In this document: in pieces, positions 26,405-37,848 of the stretch
How the letters are laid out: each line of letters begins with the position of its first letter
Numbering within the stretch: the stretch's first letter is position 1
NCBI GenBank assembly: GCA_963815195.1
Contig: CAWFGE010000020.1
Coordinates: forward strand, 64,001 to 128,000
DNA from: an uncultured Planctomycetaceae bacterium
GTDB taxonomy: Bacteria; Planctomycetota; Planctomycetia; Planctomycetales; Planctomycetaceae
Length of the DNA stretch: 64,000 bases
Direction: 5' to 3'
The notes under the pieces: model-generated
What the model was told of the DNA's origin: nothing
Seen by the model: only the letters and a program-made list of their open reading frames with translations
Databases searched by the model: none
Made by a program: the position numbers and the translations under genes

Positions 26405-27535
26405 GTGCCTGTTGTGTGCGCTGGGGCGCTTCCGCCCGCCGGTGCCGCCTCGATTTATGCCCCGTCGAATCCCGATCACGTTCTGATCCGCGGACAATCC
26501 CCCCCCGCGTATTCGACGTCGACTTGGGGATCGGCCGCTTTGGGACAAGCCTCGCCTTGGCAGACGGCGGCTTCGGTTTTCACGCCTGCCCAGGGCAGTT
26601 TTTACGACGATCCATTTTTGGAGCCGCCCACCGGCGGGCCACCCACCGGTTCGCCGGGAGCGGGACCCTACGGGACGCCCCCCGTTTATGGACGCTTCGG
26701 CGGCCGGTTGGGGCTTTCGGGGATCAACGGCCCGCAGCCGTTCCGCTTGGGTTGGCAGCCGCGATTCGACGTGGGCTATCTGCCGGCGCGAAGCGTGAGC
26801 CAAGGCAGCGGGAAGTTTGGGATCTTCGCGTTTGACGGCGAGGTCCGAAACAACACGCCGCTCCCGAATGGCAGCGTGTTCTCCTTGGCCCCGCAGTTCG
26901 GACTCCGAACCTGGGACGGCCCGGTCTTGGCGGGCGGCGGCACCTTGCCCAACACGGTGTACCGGCTGGCGACCGATTTGGAGTACAACACCTCGGCCGC
27001 CGGTCCCTGGAGCATCACGCTAGGATTTAACCCTTCGCTGAACACCGACTTCGCGCAATCGCCCACCTCCAACGCCTTCAACTTCGACGCGCGGGCCATG
27101 CTGTTTTACCGGACCTCGCCGCAATTGATGTACGTCGTCGGCGTGGGCTATCTGGATCGGGTCCACAACTTTATCCTGCCTTACTCCGGCGTGGTCTGGA
27201 CTCCCAGCGACCGCACGGAACTCCGGCTGCTGTTTCCCGAATCGCGGATTTCCCATTACATCGGAAACTACTTCCGCGATGACAAATGGGTTTACGTCTC
27301 CGCCGGCTTCCATGTCGAAGCCTACCAGATCGAGATCGCGCAACCCGGCGGGAACACCCGCGACCAAATCGAACTCAGCGATTGGCGGGCCGTGCTCGGC
27401 CTGCGGTCGGAGAACGATTACATCTCCTCGTTCATCGAAGGCGGGATCGTGTTCGGGCGGAACGTCGATTTCTTGCACTCGCCGGGCTTCGACATCTCCA
27501 ACGGCTTCATCCTCCGCGGCGGCCTGCGGTTCTGA
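26405..27535 (+). CDS. Putative outer-membrane beta-barrel protein (start uncertain)
   Basis: Pro-rich N-terminus, alternating aromatic beta-strands, terminal GGLRF. Confidence 0.65.
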   Translation: MPVVCAGALPPAGAASIYAPSNPDHVLIRGQSPPAYSTSTWGSAALGQASPWQTAASVFTPAQGSFYDDPFLEPPTGGPPTGSPGAGPYGTPPVYGRFGGRLGLSGINGPQPFRLGWQPRFDVGYLPARSVSQGSGKFGIFAFDGEVRNNTPLPNGSVFSLAPQFGLRTWDGPVLAGGGTLPNTVYRLATDLEYNTSAAGPWSITLGFNPSLNTDFAQSPTSNAFNFDARAMLFYRTSPQLMYVVGVGYLDRVHNFILPYSGVVWTPSDRTELRLLFPESRISHYIGNYFRDDKWVYVSAGFHVEAYQIEIAQPGGNTRDQIELSDWRAVLGLRSENDYISSFIEGGIVFGRNVDFLHSPGFDISNGFILRGGLRF

Positions 27536-27598
27536 GCGGCTCCTGGAAGAGTAAGGATCGTTCGAGAAATAATTGTCCGATTATCAGCAAGAACGCAC

Positions 27599-29026
27599 TA
27601 GATGTCAGTTTCGTAAATCCTTCCTCAGTTAAGCCGCCTGTCGTTTGTAGGGGCGAGGCGGGTAGAGGATTTTTTCGTAAGTTTTGGGGCGAGGGCTGAA
27701 CCAGACTCGCCCGCGTTTTTGTTGGCGCCGCGTTTGGTCGAATGGCGTGCTGCGAACGAGCGGCTCGCCAGTGTAGGTCCAACGGTAGGGATGACAATAG
27801 TGCGAGTTGTAATCATTCAAGAAAGCCAAGAGCCGGTCCTCAAACTCGGCCGCCGAAGCGAAGTCTCCTCTTTTCAGGAACCGCCGGGACAAGACGCTAA
27901 ACCACAACTCCACCTGGTTCAGCCAGGAACCGTGCTTCGGCGTGAAATGGAACACGTGTTTGTGGGACGGGTCGGTCAAGAACAAACGCCTTTGGGTTCC
28001 CGTTTTCAAGTCTTTGGGAACGAACGGCACCTCGCTCAACTCGGCCACCACGCGGCAGACATCCAGGCTCCAATGCGTGTTCAGATTATCCAGCACCCAA
28101 TCGAACCGCTGCATTTCGCGAAAGTGTGTGGCGACATGATCGATGTGTGCGGCGAAATCCTGGCTGGTGCGCGTTTGCCCGAGATTCCAAACGACCTCGC
28201 CGGTCGGTACGGCGAACGAAGCGATCAAAGCCCTCGTGCCATGACGGATGTATTCGTGCTCCCGCTTCTCCGGTTTTCCCGGCTCAAGGGGCTGCGTGGG
28301 ATATTTCCGCTGGAGAATCTGCATGCCGGTTTTCTCATCACTGCTGATAATCAACCGACCCTGCTGATAGAACGCGGGCGCTTGGACGTACAACTGGCCA
28401 ATCTCGCGAGCGATCGCATCAAAGTCCGGATCATGGCTGTTGAGCCAGTAAACGCTCTTGTGAGGCTTGAGATCCGCCTCCTCCAAAATCCGCCAGATTG
28501 TCGAACGGCTCATGGCTTCGTGATACGCATCATTGAGAATCGTGGCCGCGATGTCATTCAGGCTCCACCGCGTGGCAGGGTTGTCGTAGTCCGCTGGTTC
28601 GCTCGTCGCGATCGTCATGACATTCAACTGGTCCTCCGGGGGAAGAAGACCGAGGCCGTCCCGGTCTCGGCAGGTCTTGGAGCCCTGCGACTCCCTGCTC
28701 CAAAAACCGCCGCCGCCAAGTGCCCACGGTCTGCCGATCGCAGCCGAACTCCGCGGCGATATCCAGATTCCTGGGACGGTCCGGCTCGGCAGCCCGCAAC
28801 ACCAAGCGGGCCCGAAACACCAAAGCCTGCGGCGTCGAACCGGCTCGAACCAGCTTCTCAAGTTGCTGCCGTTGTTCATCATTCAAAACAACATCCGGGG
28901 GAAATGGGGTGGGCATGGAACCTCCTTGCTCCAAAGGACAGAAACACATGCCCGTTAAATCCCGTATTCGGCCGATTTTGTCCAGACCAACTAAAACTGA
29001 CTATGCACTTACGAAACTGACATCTA
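27599..29026 (-). mobile_element. IS630-family insertion sequence with TA duplication
   Basis: Perfect IR ctagatgtcagtttcgtaa (27598-27616) / ttacgaaactgacatctag (29009-29027); empty site CTAG. Confidence 0.93.
27629..28916 (-). CDS. IS630 transposase in two frames (shift near 28640)
   Basis: HTH ORF MPTPFPP..PRPGRP, then DDE motifs SSDEKTG, VLDNLNTH, WLNQVELWF. Confidence 0.92.
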
Positions 29027-29104
29027 GCCGTTTTTGAATGGCAAGCAGATTTTGTTATAATTATAATAAGGAGAGAGTCGGAGCGTTTTGGCAAAAATCG
29101 ACAG

Positions 29105-29464
29105 TTGTCCAAGAGCGCCCGTTCGCCTGCTGGCTTGGACGCTGTTGGCTTTCCTCTCGGCTGTTTGTTCATTGCGGCTTCGCAGAAAAGCGTGTTTTTC
29201 GGGCTGTTGGACGCGGCTTCGTGGTTTCTGCCCGGATTGAAGATCCCCGTGCGGTTGGCCAACCTCATTATGAGCATTTGTTTTCGCTGGATTCGGTGCG
29301 CCGGATGCGGCGAATCCTTTCCCGCCCACACGCGTTGGACGTGCCAGTGCGGATACACCGCGCCGCGGGAGAGGAACCTGTTTCATTTTCGCTGCCCCAT
29401 CTGTCGCGATTACCTCCGCGGATTCAATTGCCCGCAGTGCGAATCCACCATTTTGGTGAAGTGA
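29105..29464 (+). CDS. Small Cys-rich multi-zinc-ribbon hypothetical protein (start uncertain)
   Basis: CAGC, CQCG, CPIC and CPQC pairs in the last ~55 aa. Confidence 0.55.
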   Translation: MSKSARSPAGLDAVGFPLGCLFIAASQKSVFFGLLDAASWFLPGLKIPVRLANLIMSICFRWIRCAGCGESFPAHTRWTCQCGYTAPRERNLFHFRCPICRDYLRGFNCPQCESTILVK

Positions 29465-29466
29465 AC

Positions 29467-31033
29467 GGGTGTCTGGCCGTTTTCTATGGCGCGAACTGGG
29501 TAGAGTGTGTAAAGTAGGCAATCCTGTCGTCCGCGATGTGCGGGGGCGAGTTGATTTCACTTCCAGAGGAGGGATTGCGATGCAGGAACCCCGAGTTGCC
29601 AAAGAGGTTTATATCGAGTCAATGCGGTCGGAGCTTGAGGGCTTGTTGGGCGAAGTGATGGAGGCCGTGAATGCGGCGCCGGGCGGTCGCGTGATTGCCG
29701 ACAGTGAGGAGCAAGTGCGGCAGTTGATGCACGAGTTTCGCCGCCGGGCTTACGAGCGGGCCGTGCAGATGCGAGCGGACTCAGCCGAGTCCGCTTTTCC
29801 CCCCTCCGGAGAACGAAGCGACGGGAACACCCATGCGCAACAAAGGTCGCCAGAAGCACACCGTGATGACGGTCAACGGGCGGGTTAAGCTTCGCCGGAT
29901 TCGCTGGCAACCAGCCGGCGGCGGCAGCGTGACGCCGCTGGATGAGTGGTTGGACGAAGCCTGCCAGCAGTTCACGCAAGGCGTCGTCGAATTGGCCTGC
30001 CGATTGAACCGTTGCGAAAGCAGTTTTCTGGAACTGTCCGTGACCCTGAAGCGTGCGGCGGGGCTTTCGATCGGCAAGGAAACGCTCCGGCAATTGATCG
30101 AAGCCGAAGGCCAAACGGTCTTGGAACAAACGCGTCGCAACGAACTGAGGCCCGACTGGGAGGCGTCGGATTGCCAAACCCCTGAGGGCGAAACTCGCGT
30201 GTATTTCGGTTGTGACGGCGTGAAGGTTCCCGTGATCACGGAGACGGAAAAGAAGCAGCGGCGGGCTCAGGTCGTCGAGAAACGGAAAGAACGCAAATCC
30301 GAGGGCCGCTCTCTCAATCCGTTGGAACGATTGAAGCCGGGCGCCGACGGCCCGTACAAGGAATTTCGTCTGGTGCAGTTTTATTCGGAAGACCAGGAAA
30401 ACCGCTGGATCAGCGTCAGCCGGGGCGACCATGAAGTGGTCGGGCGGGTGATGCGCCGGGACGCCTCGCGGATTCAGTTGGATCAGGCGGACGCTTCGAT
30501 CGGGATTTATGACGGGGCCGTGTGGATCGATCGCCAAGCGGAGAAACAAGGCCTGCGGTTGACCGCCCGCGGACTCGACTTCTGGCATCTTCGGGATTAC
30601 GCGCAAAAGACGCGGCGGTCGCTTTACGGAGACGACGAAGCCGGCAAAAGCTGGCTGGACGAATTGATGCACACCTTCAAGCATGAAGGTTACGAAACAG
30701 CGTGGGATCAGCTCACGACCCAGCGGGCCCAACTGGAAAACGAAACGAAAAAGCAAGCCCTGGATGGACTCTTGCACTACATGGCCGAACGCAGCCATCT
30801 GATTAAATACCCCGAGTTCCGCGCCAACGGGTGGCAAATCGGCAGCGGTCCAACCGAAGCCCAATGCCGCACGACCACCAGCCGCATCAAAGGCAAAGGC
30901 CGCCGCTGGGATCCCGACAACGCCCTGGCCCTGATGGCCTTGGAAGCCCTCCACCAAAGCCACGCCTGGGACTCTCACTGGAACCTCAATTGACCAACCA
31001 ACTTAACCCCGCCAGAATTTCCGGCCACACACG
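29467..31033 (+). mobile_element. ISKra4/ISLre2-like insertion sequence
   Basis: Transposase plus short imperfect IR ggtgtctggccg / cggccacacacg (10/12); ends approximate. Confidence 0.75.
29580..30993 (+). CDS. ISKra4-like transposase in two frames (shift at TTTTCCCCCC, ~29795)
   Basis: GCDGV, YDGAVWI, LDFWH, IGSGPTEA motifs. Confidence 0.85.
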
Positions 31034-31164
31034 AATTGGGCGAAAAAACGGATGCTCTTGTCACGATGCGTTTTTTCCTGGTAAAATTCCCAACTTCTCC
31101 GTGTTCCGCCAGTTGGGCGCGGCGGAGGGTTGCGTTTTTAGGTCCGTGCCGACAGGAGGTCGCC

Positions 31165-32760
31165 TTGCTCTTCACCCGGACAATCCGGCGCAAGATGGTT
31201 TGCGGAATGGCCCTTGTGCTGGTGATGCTCGTGACGTTGTCCCTGAGCGGCATTTCAGGGCTGATGTCTTACCGCAACGCCGTCAACGACCTGGATTTCA
31301 GCATCAACCGTGCGCCCCGGCGGGCCGATCTTTCCGACGCCATCGGCACGCTGTTCGATCCCCTCGTGTTCGACCGGCGGGCGTTTCACGCTAACTCCCC
31401 CAAACGCCAGCACCGCGCCGACACCGCGGAGGGGGCCCGCTATCGGCAGAAAGCGTTTCAGGAAGCCCTCGCCGAGGCCCGCGTCCGCGTGGCGGATTTT
31501 CGCCGAAAGCTCGACAACCTTCCCCCCAGCGAAATCGCGATCGGCAAAAATCCCGTGACGATCTCCATCCTCGACAATGTGAACCGCGGTTTCGATCAAC
31601 TGGAACAACTGCAAGAATCGCTCACCGATCTCGAAGAGCAGGAACACACCATCGACGATATGATCGAAGTCATCGCCTGGATGCAGATGGTCGCCCAAAA
31701 AGTGCCCGACTACCAGGACGGCCTCAACAATACGCTCACCAAAGCCCGGGGGGTTTACCGGTCGCGGTTTGTGTTGGTCTGCCTGGCGAGCACGATCGTG
31801 GTGCTGTTGTTTTTGGGGCTGGTGCGGTACGGGTATCTGTGGATCTTCGCCCCGCTCCGCAAACTGCATCAGGGAGCGTCGCGCGTGGCGCTCGGGGATT
31901 TCGGCTATCGGCTGAAGCTCAACTCCAACGATGAAATGGCCGAGCTCGCCGAGTCCTTCAACAAAATGACCGAACGCTTCCAGGCCACCACCCGCGACCT
32001 GGACCGCAAGGTCCGCGAGCGGAGCAAGCAACTCGTGCGCTCGGAACGGCTGGCGGGGATCGGCTTTCTCGCGGCGGGCGTCGCGCATGAGATCAACAAT
32101 CCCCTGCAAGCCATCGGCATGGCCGGGGAATCGCTCGAAAACCGCATGACCGACCTCCTCGCCGACGCGGACGAAGGCGACCGCGACGTGGTGAAATCCT
32201 ATTTGAAGATGATCCAATCCGAAGCCGACCGCTGCCAGCACATCACGCGGAAGCTCTTGGATTTCGCCCGCGGCCAGGATGCGACGCGGTCGCGGTTCGA
32301 CCTGACGCAAATCGTGCGGGAAGTCATGTCGATGGTGCAGCACATGAGCAAGTTCCAAGGCCGAAAGATCGAGTTTCCCCAAGACCGGCCCTGCTACGTG
32401 GAAGTCAACGGGCCGGAGATCAAACAGGTCGTCTTGAACCTCGTGGCGAACGCCCTGGAGAGCATGGACGAGACGGGCATCTTGCGGATTTCCTTGAAGG
32501 AAGAAATGGACCAGGTGCTGCTGGTGTTCAAAGACGACGGCTGCGGCATGTCGCCGGACGTGATCGAAAACCTGTTCGAGCCGTTCTACACGCAGCGGCG
32601 CGACGGAAAAGGCACGGGGCTCGGGATGTCGATCAGCCAGCGGATCATCGGCGACCACGGCGGCACGATCGAAGCCAAAAGCCCAGGCCCCGGCCAAGGC
32701 AGCACCTTCCTCGTGCATCTGCCCCGCCGATCCACGGAAACCCTCACCGCCGCGGCATAG
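31165..32760 (+). CDS. Membrane sensor histidine kinase (2 TM, HAMP, HisKA, HATPase)
   Basis: AGGAGGT RBS + TTG; DEMAELAESFNKM; GVAHEINNPL; GTGLGM. Confidence 0.92.
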   Translation: MLFTRTIRRKMVCGMALVLVMLVTLSLSGISGLMSYRNAVNDLDFSINRAPRRADLSDAIGTLFDPLVFDRRAFHANSPKRQHRADTAEGARYRQKAFQEALAEARVRVADFRRKLDNLPPSEIAIGKNPVTISILDNVNRGFDQLEQLQESLTDLEEQEHTIDDMIEVIAWMQMVAQKVPDYQDGLNNTLTKARGVYRSRFVLVCLASTIVVLLFLGLVRYGYLWIFAPLRKLHQGASRVALGDFGYRLKLNSNDEMAELAESFNKMTERFQATTRDLDRKVRERSKQLVRSERLAGIGFLAAGVAHEINNPLQAIGMAGESLENRMTDLLADADEGDRDVVKSYLKMIQSEADRCQHITRKLLDFARGQDATRSRFDLTQIVREVMSMVQHMSKFQGRKIEFPQDRPCYVEVNGPEIKQVVLNLVANALESMDETGILRISLKEEMDQVLLVFKDDGCGMSPDVIENLFEPFYTQRRDGKGTGLGMSISQRIIGDHGGTIEAKSPGPGQGSTFLVHLPRRSTETLTAAA

Positions 32761-32765
32761 GTTCG

Positions 32766-33533
32766 TTACCGCCAGGCGCGCGTTTGATATTTGTCCCGCT
32801 CCAACTCGCGCGCGGCCCCGGCGATCTCATCCGGAAGCTTCGACTGCGGATGGAATTCGACCGCGGTTTCGCCGAGGGGATTCGACAGAACCTGGCCGAT
32901 TCGCGTGGCGAGATTTTGAATCAACTCCGGCACCGCAACGGGCGTTTCCGCGAGATCCAGCAGGCCCGGAAACTCTGGGGCGAATGGCGAGCGTTCGAGC
33001 AGCAAACTCCCATGCTGAAGCACCGCCCCCCGCCGGCGTCGTTGGGCACTGCCTACGATTTTATGGCGCCCAAACACAATGTCCCGCGGATCCTGCCGCC
33101 CGAAACAGAGAAAGGTCTTGTTGCCCGGATCCGCCGCGGCGGAACCGCGCAGGTCGGCGCTGATTTGCAGCTCGGCAAGGAGTTTGATGACCTGCCGATG
33201 CACGTGCTCGTACAGACTCACCGGTTCCGCAGCCCAGGGATGCTCCGGCGGCAAAACGCAGGAATACGTCCATTCCAAATGATGCAAAATCGCCCCGCCG
33301 CCGGAGAGCCGGCGGACTCGAGCTAACGGCTTAAGCTCTTCAGGAAGATTGTCTGGCTGGATTTTCTGAAAATATCCCAAAGAGAGCGTCGGTTCGTTCC
33401 AGCGGTAAAACCGGACCGCCGAGAAATTGTGCCGACGCGCCGCTTCCAAGAGGGCCTCGTCCACCGCCATGTTCCACGCCCCGGAATGGGGTTCCGGTTC
33501 AATCAATAACAAAAACGAGGCGGAATGCGGCAT
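32766..33533 (-). CDS. Lipoate-protein ligase A / LipM-type octanoyltransferase
   Basis: NMAVDEALL, RRLSGGGAILH, KIVGSAQRR, LQHGS; follows the gcv genes. Confidence 0.9.
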   Translation of the reverse strand: MPHSASFLLLIEPEPHSGAWNMAVDEALLEAARRHNFSAVRFYRWNEPTLSLGYFQKIQPDNLPEELKPLARVRRLSGGGAILHHLEWTYSCVLPPEHPWAAEPVSLYEHVHRQVIKLLAELQISADLRGSAAADPGNKTFLCFGRQDPRDIVFGRHKIVGSAQRRRRGAVLQHGSLLLERSPFAPEFPGLLDLAETPVAVPELIQNLATRIGQVLSNPLGETAVEFHPQSKLPDEIAGAARELERDKYQTRAWR

Positions 33534-33570
33534 GAGATAACGTAGTGCATTTTCAATGCTAAGAATTCGG

Positions 33571-33635
33571 ATCAGCCGGACGCGCTAGCGTCCGGTTTGC
33601 TCGGCGAAAACCGGGGCGAGCGCCCTGCGGCTAAT
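33571..33635. repeat. GCGCTAGC-family REP-like hairpin
   Basis: atcagccggacgcgctagcgtccggttt..aaaccggggcgagcgccctgcggctaat. Confidence 0.7.
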
Positions 33636-33700
33636 TTTTTCAACCCGAAATTCATGCTCTGACCGAGCAGTAGATCGATCTCGGCGGCTGGGAGTCGCCG

Positions 33701-35194
<1,494 letters not shown>

Positions 35195-35263
35195 ATCAGT
35201 TTTCGGTTTTCGGTTGGAGACTGGTCCGGCTCGCCTGGGGATCCCGTTTTGCTGACGGTCGGA

Positions 35264-36622
35264 TCAATGGGACAGGCAATCCACAAGGCGGTCGATTTCC
35301 TCGCGGGTGCGTTTTTCCGTGACGGCCACCAAGAGCGCGTCGTCCACGCGGGGCAATTCCGAACGCAGCACGGGGAACCGTGAAAGCACCGGTCCGAGAT
35401 CGAAACCGGCTTTCCGGGCTTTGTCGAGGATTTCCACGCTTCGCCGCCCGCCGATGTGGAGAACAAACTCCTTGAAGAAGGGCCGATCGAACAGCAACTC
35501 GACGCCGGGAAGCTTTGTCAGCGCCTCGGCCGCGTAATGGGCTTTCCGGCAGCAGAGTTCGGCGGTTTCGCGAAGACCGGCCGGTCCCTGGAGCGCCAGA
35601 TACACCGTGGCCCTGAGCGCCAACAGGCCTTGATTCGTGCAGATGTTGCTCGTGGCTTTGTCGCGGCGGATATGCTGCTCGCGGGCTTGCAGGTTGAGCA
35701 CGAAACACGGCTTGCCGGTGCGGTCCACCGTTTGCCCGATGAGCCGGCCCGGCATTTTTCGCATGCACTGTTCCGTGCACGCCATGATGCCCAACAGCGG
35801 TCCGCCGTACTGCATGGGAATGCCCAGCGACTGGCCCTCGGCGACCGCAATATCGGCCCCATAATCGCCCGGGCGTTTTAAGAGCCCCAAACTGATCGGA
35901 TCGAACGAGACGACCGCGAGCGCGCCGCTGTTGTGGGCGATTTCCGCGAGTTGCTCGGGCTGTTCCAGGCAGCCAAACACGCTCGGCTGCTGAAAAATCA
36001 GGCAGGCCGTTTGCCCGTCGACCGCGGCTTCCACGTCGGCCAGGTTCACCGTGCCTTCCGCCGCCGGCACGACCACAACTTCGCTGGAGAGATTGCCGAA
36101 ATACGTATTGATCACCTGCCGATATTCGGGATGCACCGACCCCAGCACCACAATCTTCTCGTGCCGGCGGGTGACGCGCATCGCCATGAACGCGGCTTCG
36201 CTCAAAGCCGTCGCCCCTTCGTACAGGCTCGCGTTGGAGACATCCATCGCGGTGAGCTGGCAGATCAAAGTCTGGTATTCAAAAAACGCCTGCAAACTGC
36301 CTTGGCTGGCTTCGGCCTGGTACGGGGTGTAGGCGGTGTAATATTCGCCCCGGCGGACAATCTCATCCACCGCGGCGGGAACGAAGTGATCGTACACCCC
36401 GCCGCCCAGGAAACACGCCCGGTCCGTCGCCCCCAGGTTCTTCCGCGCGAGCTCGCGGAGATGGGATTCCAATTCCATTTCGGACAGAGGCGGGGGCAAT
36501 TCGAGCGGCCGGTCCAGCCGCAGCTCCAGGGGAATCTGGTCAAACAGCGAGGAGATCGAATCCACGCCGATGTCTTTGAGCATGGCGCGCTGCTGCTCGC
36601 CGGTATTGAGAATATAACTCAC
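35264..36622 (-). CDS. gcvPA: Glycine dehydrogenase subunit 1
   Basis: TAYTPYQAEASQG, NASLYEG, REQHIRRDKATSNICTNQ. Confidence 0.96.
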   Translation of the reverse strand: MSYILNTGEQQRAMLKDIGVDSISSLFDQIPLELRLDRPLELPPPLSEMELESHLRELARKNLGATDRACFLGGGVYDHFVPAAVDEIVRRGEYYTAYTPYQAEASQGSLQAFFEYQTLICQLTAMDVSNASLYEGATALSEAAFMAMRVTRRHEKIVVLGSVHPEYRQVINTYFGNLSSEVVVVPAAEGTVNLADVEAAVDGQTACLIFQQPSVFGCLEQPEQLAEIAHNSGALAVVSFDPISLGLLKRPGDYGADIAVAEGQSLGIPMQYGGPLLGIMACTEQCMRKMPGRLIGQTVDRTGKPCFVLNLQAREQHIRRDKATSNICTNQGLLALRATVYLALQGPAGLRETAELCCRKAHYAAEALTKLPGVELLFDRPFFKEFVLHIGGRRSVEILDKARKAGFDLGPVLSRFPVLRSELPRVDDALLVAVTEKRTREEIDRLVDCLSH

Positions 36623-36765
36623 GGTTTGCCTCGAAGAGTCAAACGATCAAACGCCGGGGCACCGGGGCGAATCGCCTCCGGGCCGGCCGGTGGGTGTTTT
36701 CAAAAATGTCTGGGGAACAGGTCCAATCGGCTGGGAAGATCAGGCGTGAACGTCGGCATAACCCG

Positions 36766-37152
36766 CTAATGGCTTTCGGATTGACAGTGTTCCTCATAGG
36801 CGGCCCGGTCCATCAGCGAGTCCAATTCGGAAGGATCGGCGAGTTTCATCTTGATGATCCAGCCCTTGCCGAAGGGATCATCCGAAAGGGCGGCGAGGTC
36901 CTCTTCCAAATCTGAATTGGCGGCCGTCACCTCTCCCCCAACCGGAGCGTACAAATCGCTCGCCGCCTTGACGCTTTCGACCACGCCGAATTCATCGCCG
37001 GCGGTCAAGGTCTTCCCCAAGGGAGGAAGCTCGATATAGACCAGATCCGTCAGTTGTTTGACGGCGAAATCGGAGATCCCGATCGTGGCTTCGTCGCCAT
37101 CCACGTGAACCCATTCGTGAGATTTCGAAAATTTGGCGTTCGAGGGATCCAT
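36766..37152 (-). CDS. gcvH: Glycine cleavage system H protein
   Basis: SHEWV, GISDFA, VESVKAASD lipoyl-Lys motif; purine-rich RBS-like sequence before ATG 37152. Confidence 0.93.
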   Translation of the reverse strand: MDPSNAKFSKSHEWVHVDGDEATIGISDFAVKQLTDLVYIELPPLGKTLTAGDEFGVVESVKAASDLYAPVGGEVTAANSDLEEDLAALSDDPFGKGWIIKMKLADPSELDSLMDRAAYEEHCQSESH

Positions 37153-37369
37153 CGCCAAGGTCCTTCCGGGAAGGGGGGGAAATGATTTCTGTGTTTTGGT
37201 TCTCAAACGGAGAGCGAAGGCTTCGGAAACTGCATCTCGCGTCCGCACTAAAACTCTCCGCCCGACTACCATAACGCTCCGGCGGTCCGATGAAAAGGTT
37301 TCGGATGGCGAGAATTTCCCGGCGGGATTCACGAAGAGGATTTCGTGTCGGAACTCGTGGTCCCCGGCA

Positions 37370-37839
37370 CGTTCAGGCACGCCGGATTCCGCCTGGCCGT
37401 TTCGGGATTCGTAGTGGGAAATCTTTTCGACCCGCTGGGCATGCCGGCCGCCTTCGAATTCCGTCTTCAGCCAGATGTCGATCATCCGGTTCACGAGCCG
37501 TTCGCCCAATAAATCCGCCGACAGGCAGAGCACGTTGGCATCGTTGTGCAGCCGGCTGTTTTCCGCGGTGAGGTCGTCGTGGCAATTCGTGGCCCGGACG
37601 CCGGGGAACTTGTTGGCGACAATGCACATGCCCATGCCCGTCCCGCAAATCAGAATGCCCCGCTCGACCTGCCCTTTCGAGACCGCGGCCGCGACTTTCG
37701 CCGCGTAATCGGGGTAGTCCACCATGTCGGCGTTCTCCGGCCCGAAATCCACGGGCGTGTGCTGCATCTCGCTCAAGAGCGCGAGGATCTTGCTCTTCAC
37801 GGAGAATCCGCGATGGTCGCTGGCAACGGCAATTTTCAT
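37370..37839 (-). CDS. rpiB: Ribose-5-phosphate isomerase B (3' end uncertain; frame runs on into gcvH)
   Basis: ASDHRG, DYPD, CGTGMG, HNDANVL, FEGGRH. Confidence 0.92.
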
Positions 37840-37848
37840 TTCGTCAGG

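Noticed and set aside
27599..31033. Composite transposon carrying the Cys-rich ORF
   Set aside because: The flanking elements are from different IS families with unrelated ends.
37200..37265. Glycine riboswitch upstream of gcvH
   Set aside because: GGAGAG and CCGAAG are present on the minus strand, but CTCTCAGG and a second aptamer are not; an Rfam covariance search would settle it.
36766..37839. RpiB-GcvH fusion protein (357-aa ORF)
   Set aside because: The linker looks intergenic, gcvH has its own RBS-like sequence and ATG, and one indel would stop RpiB near 37373; indels are frequent in this window.
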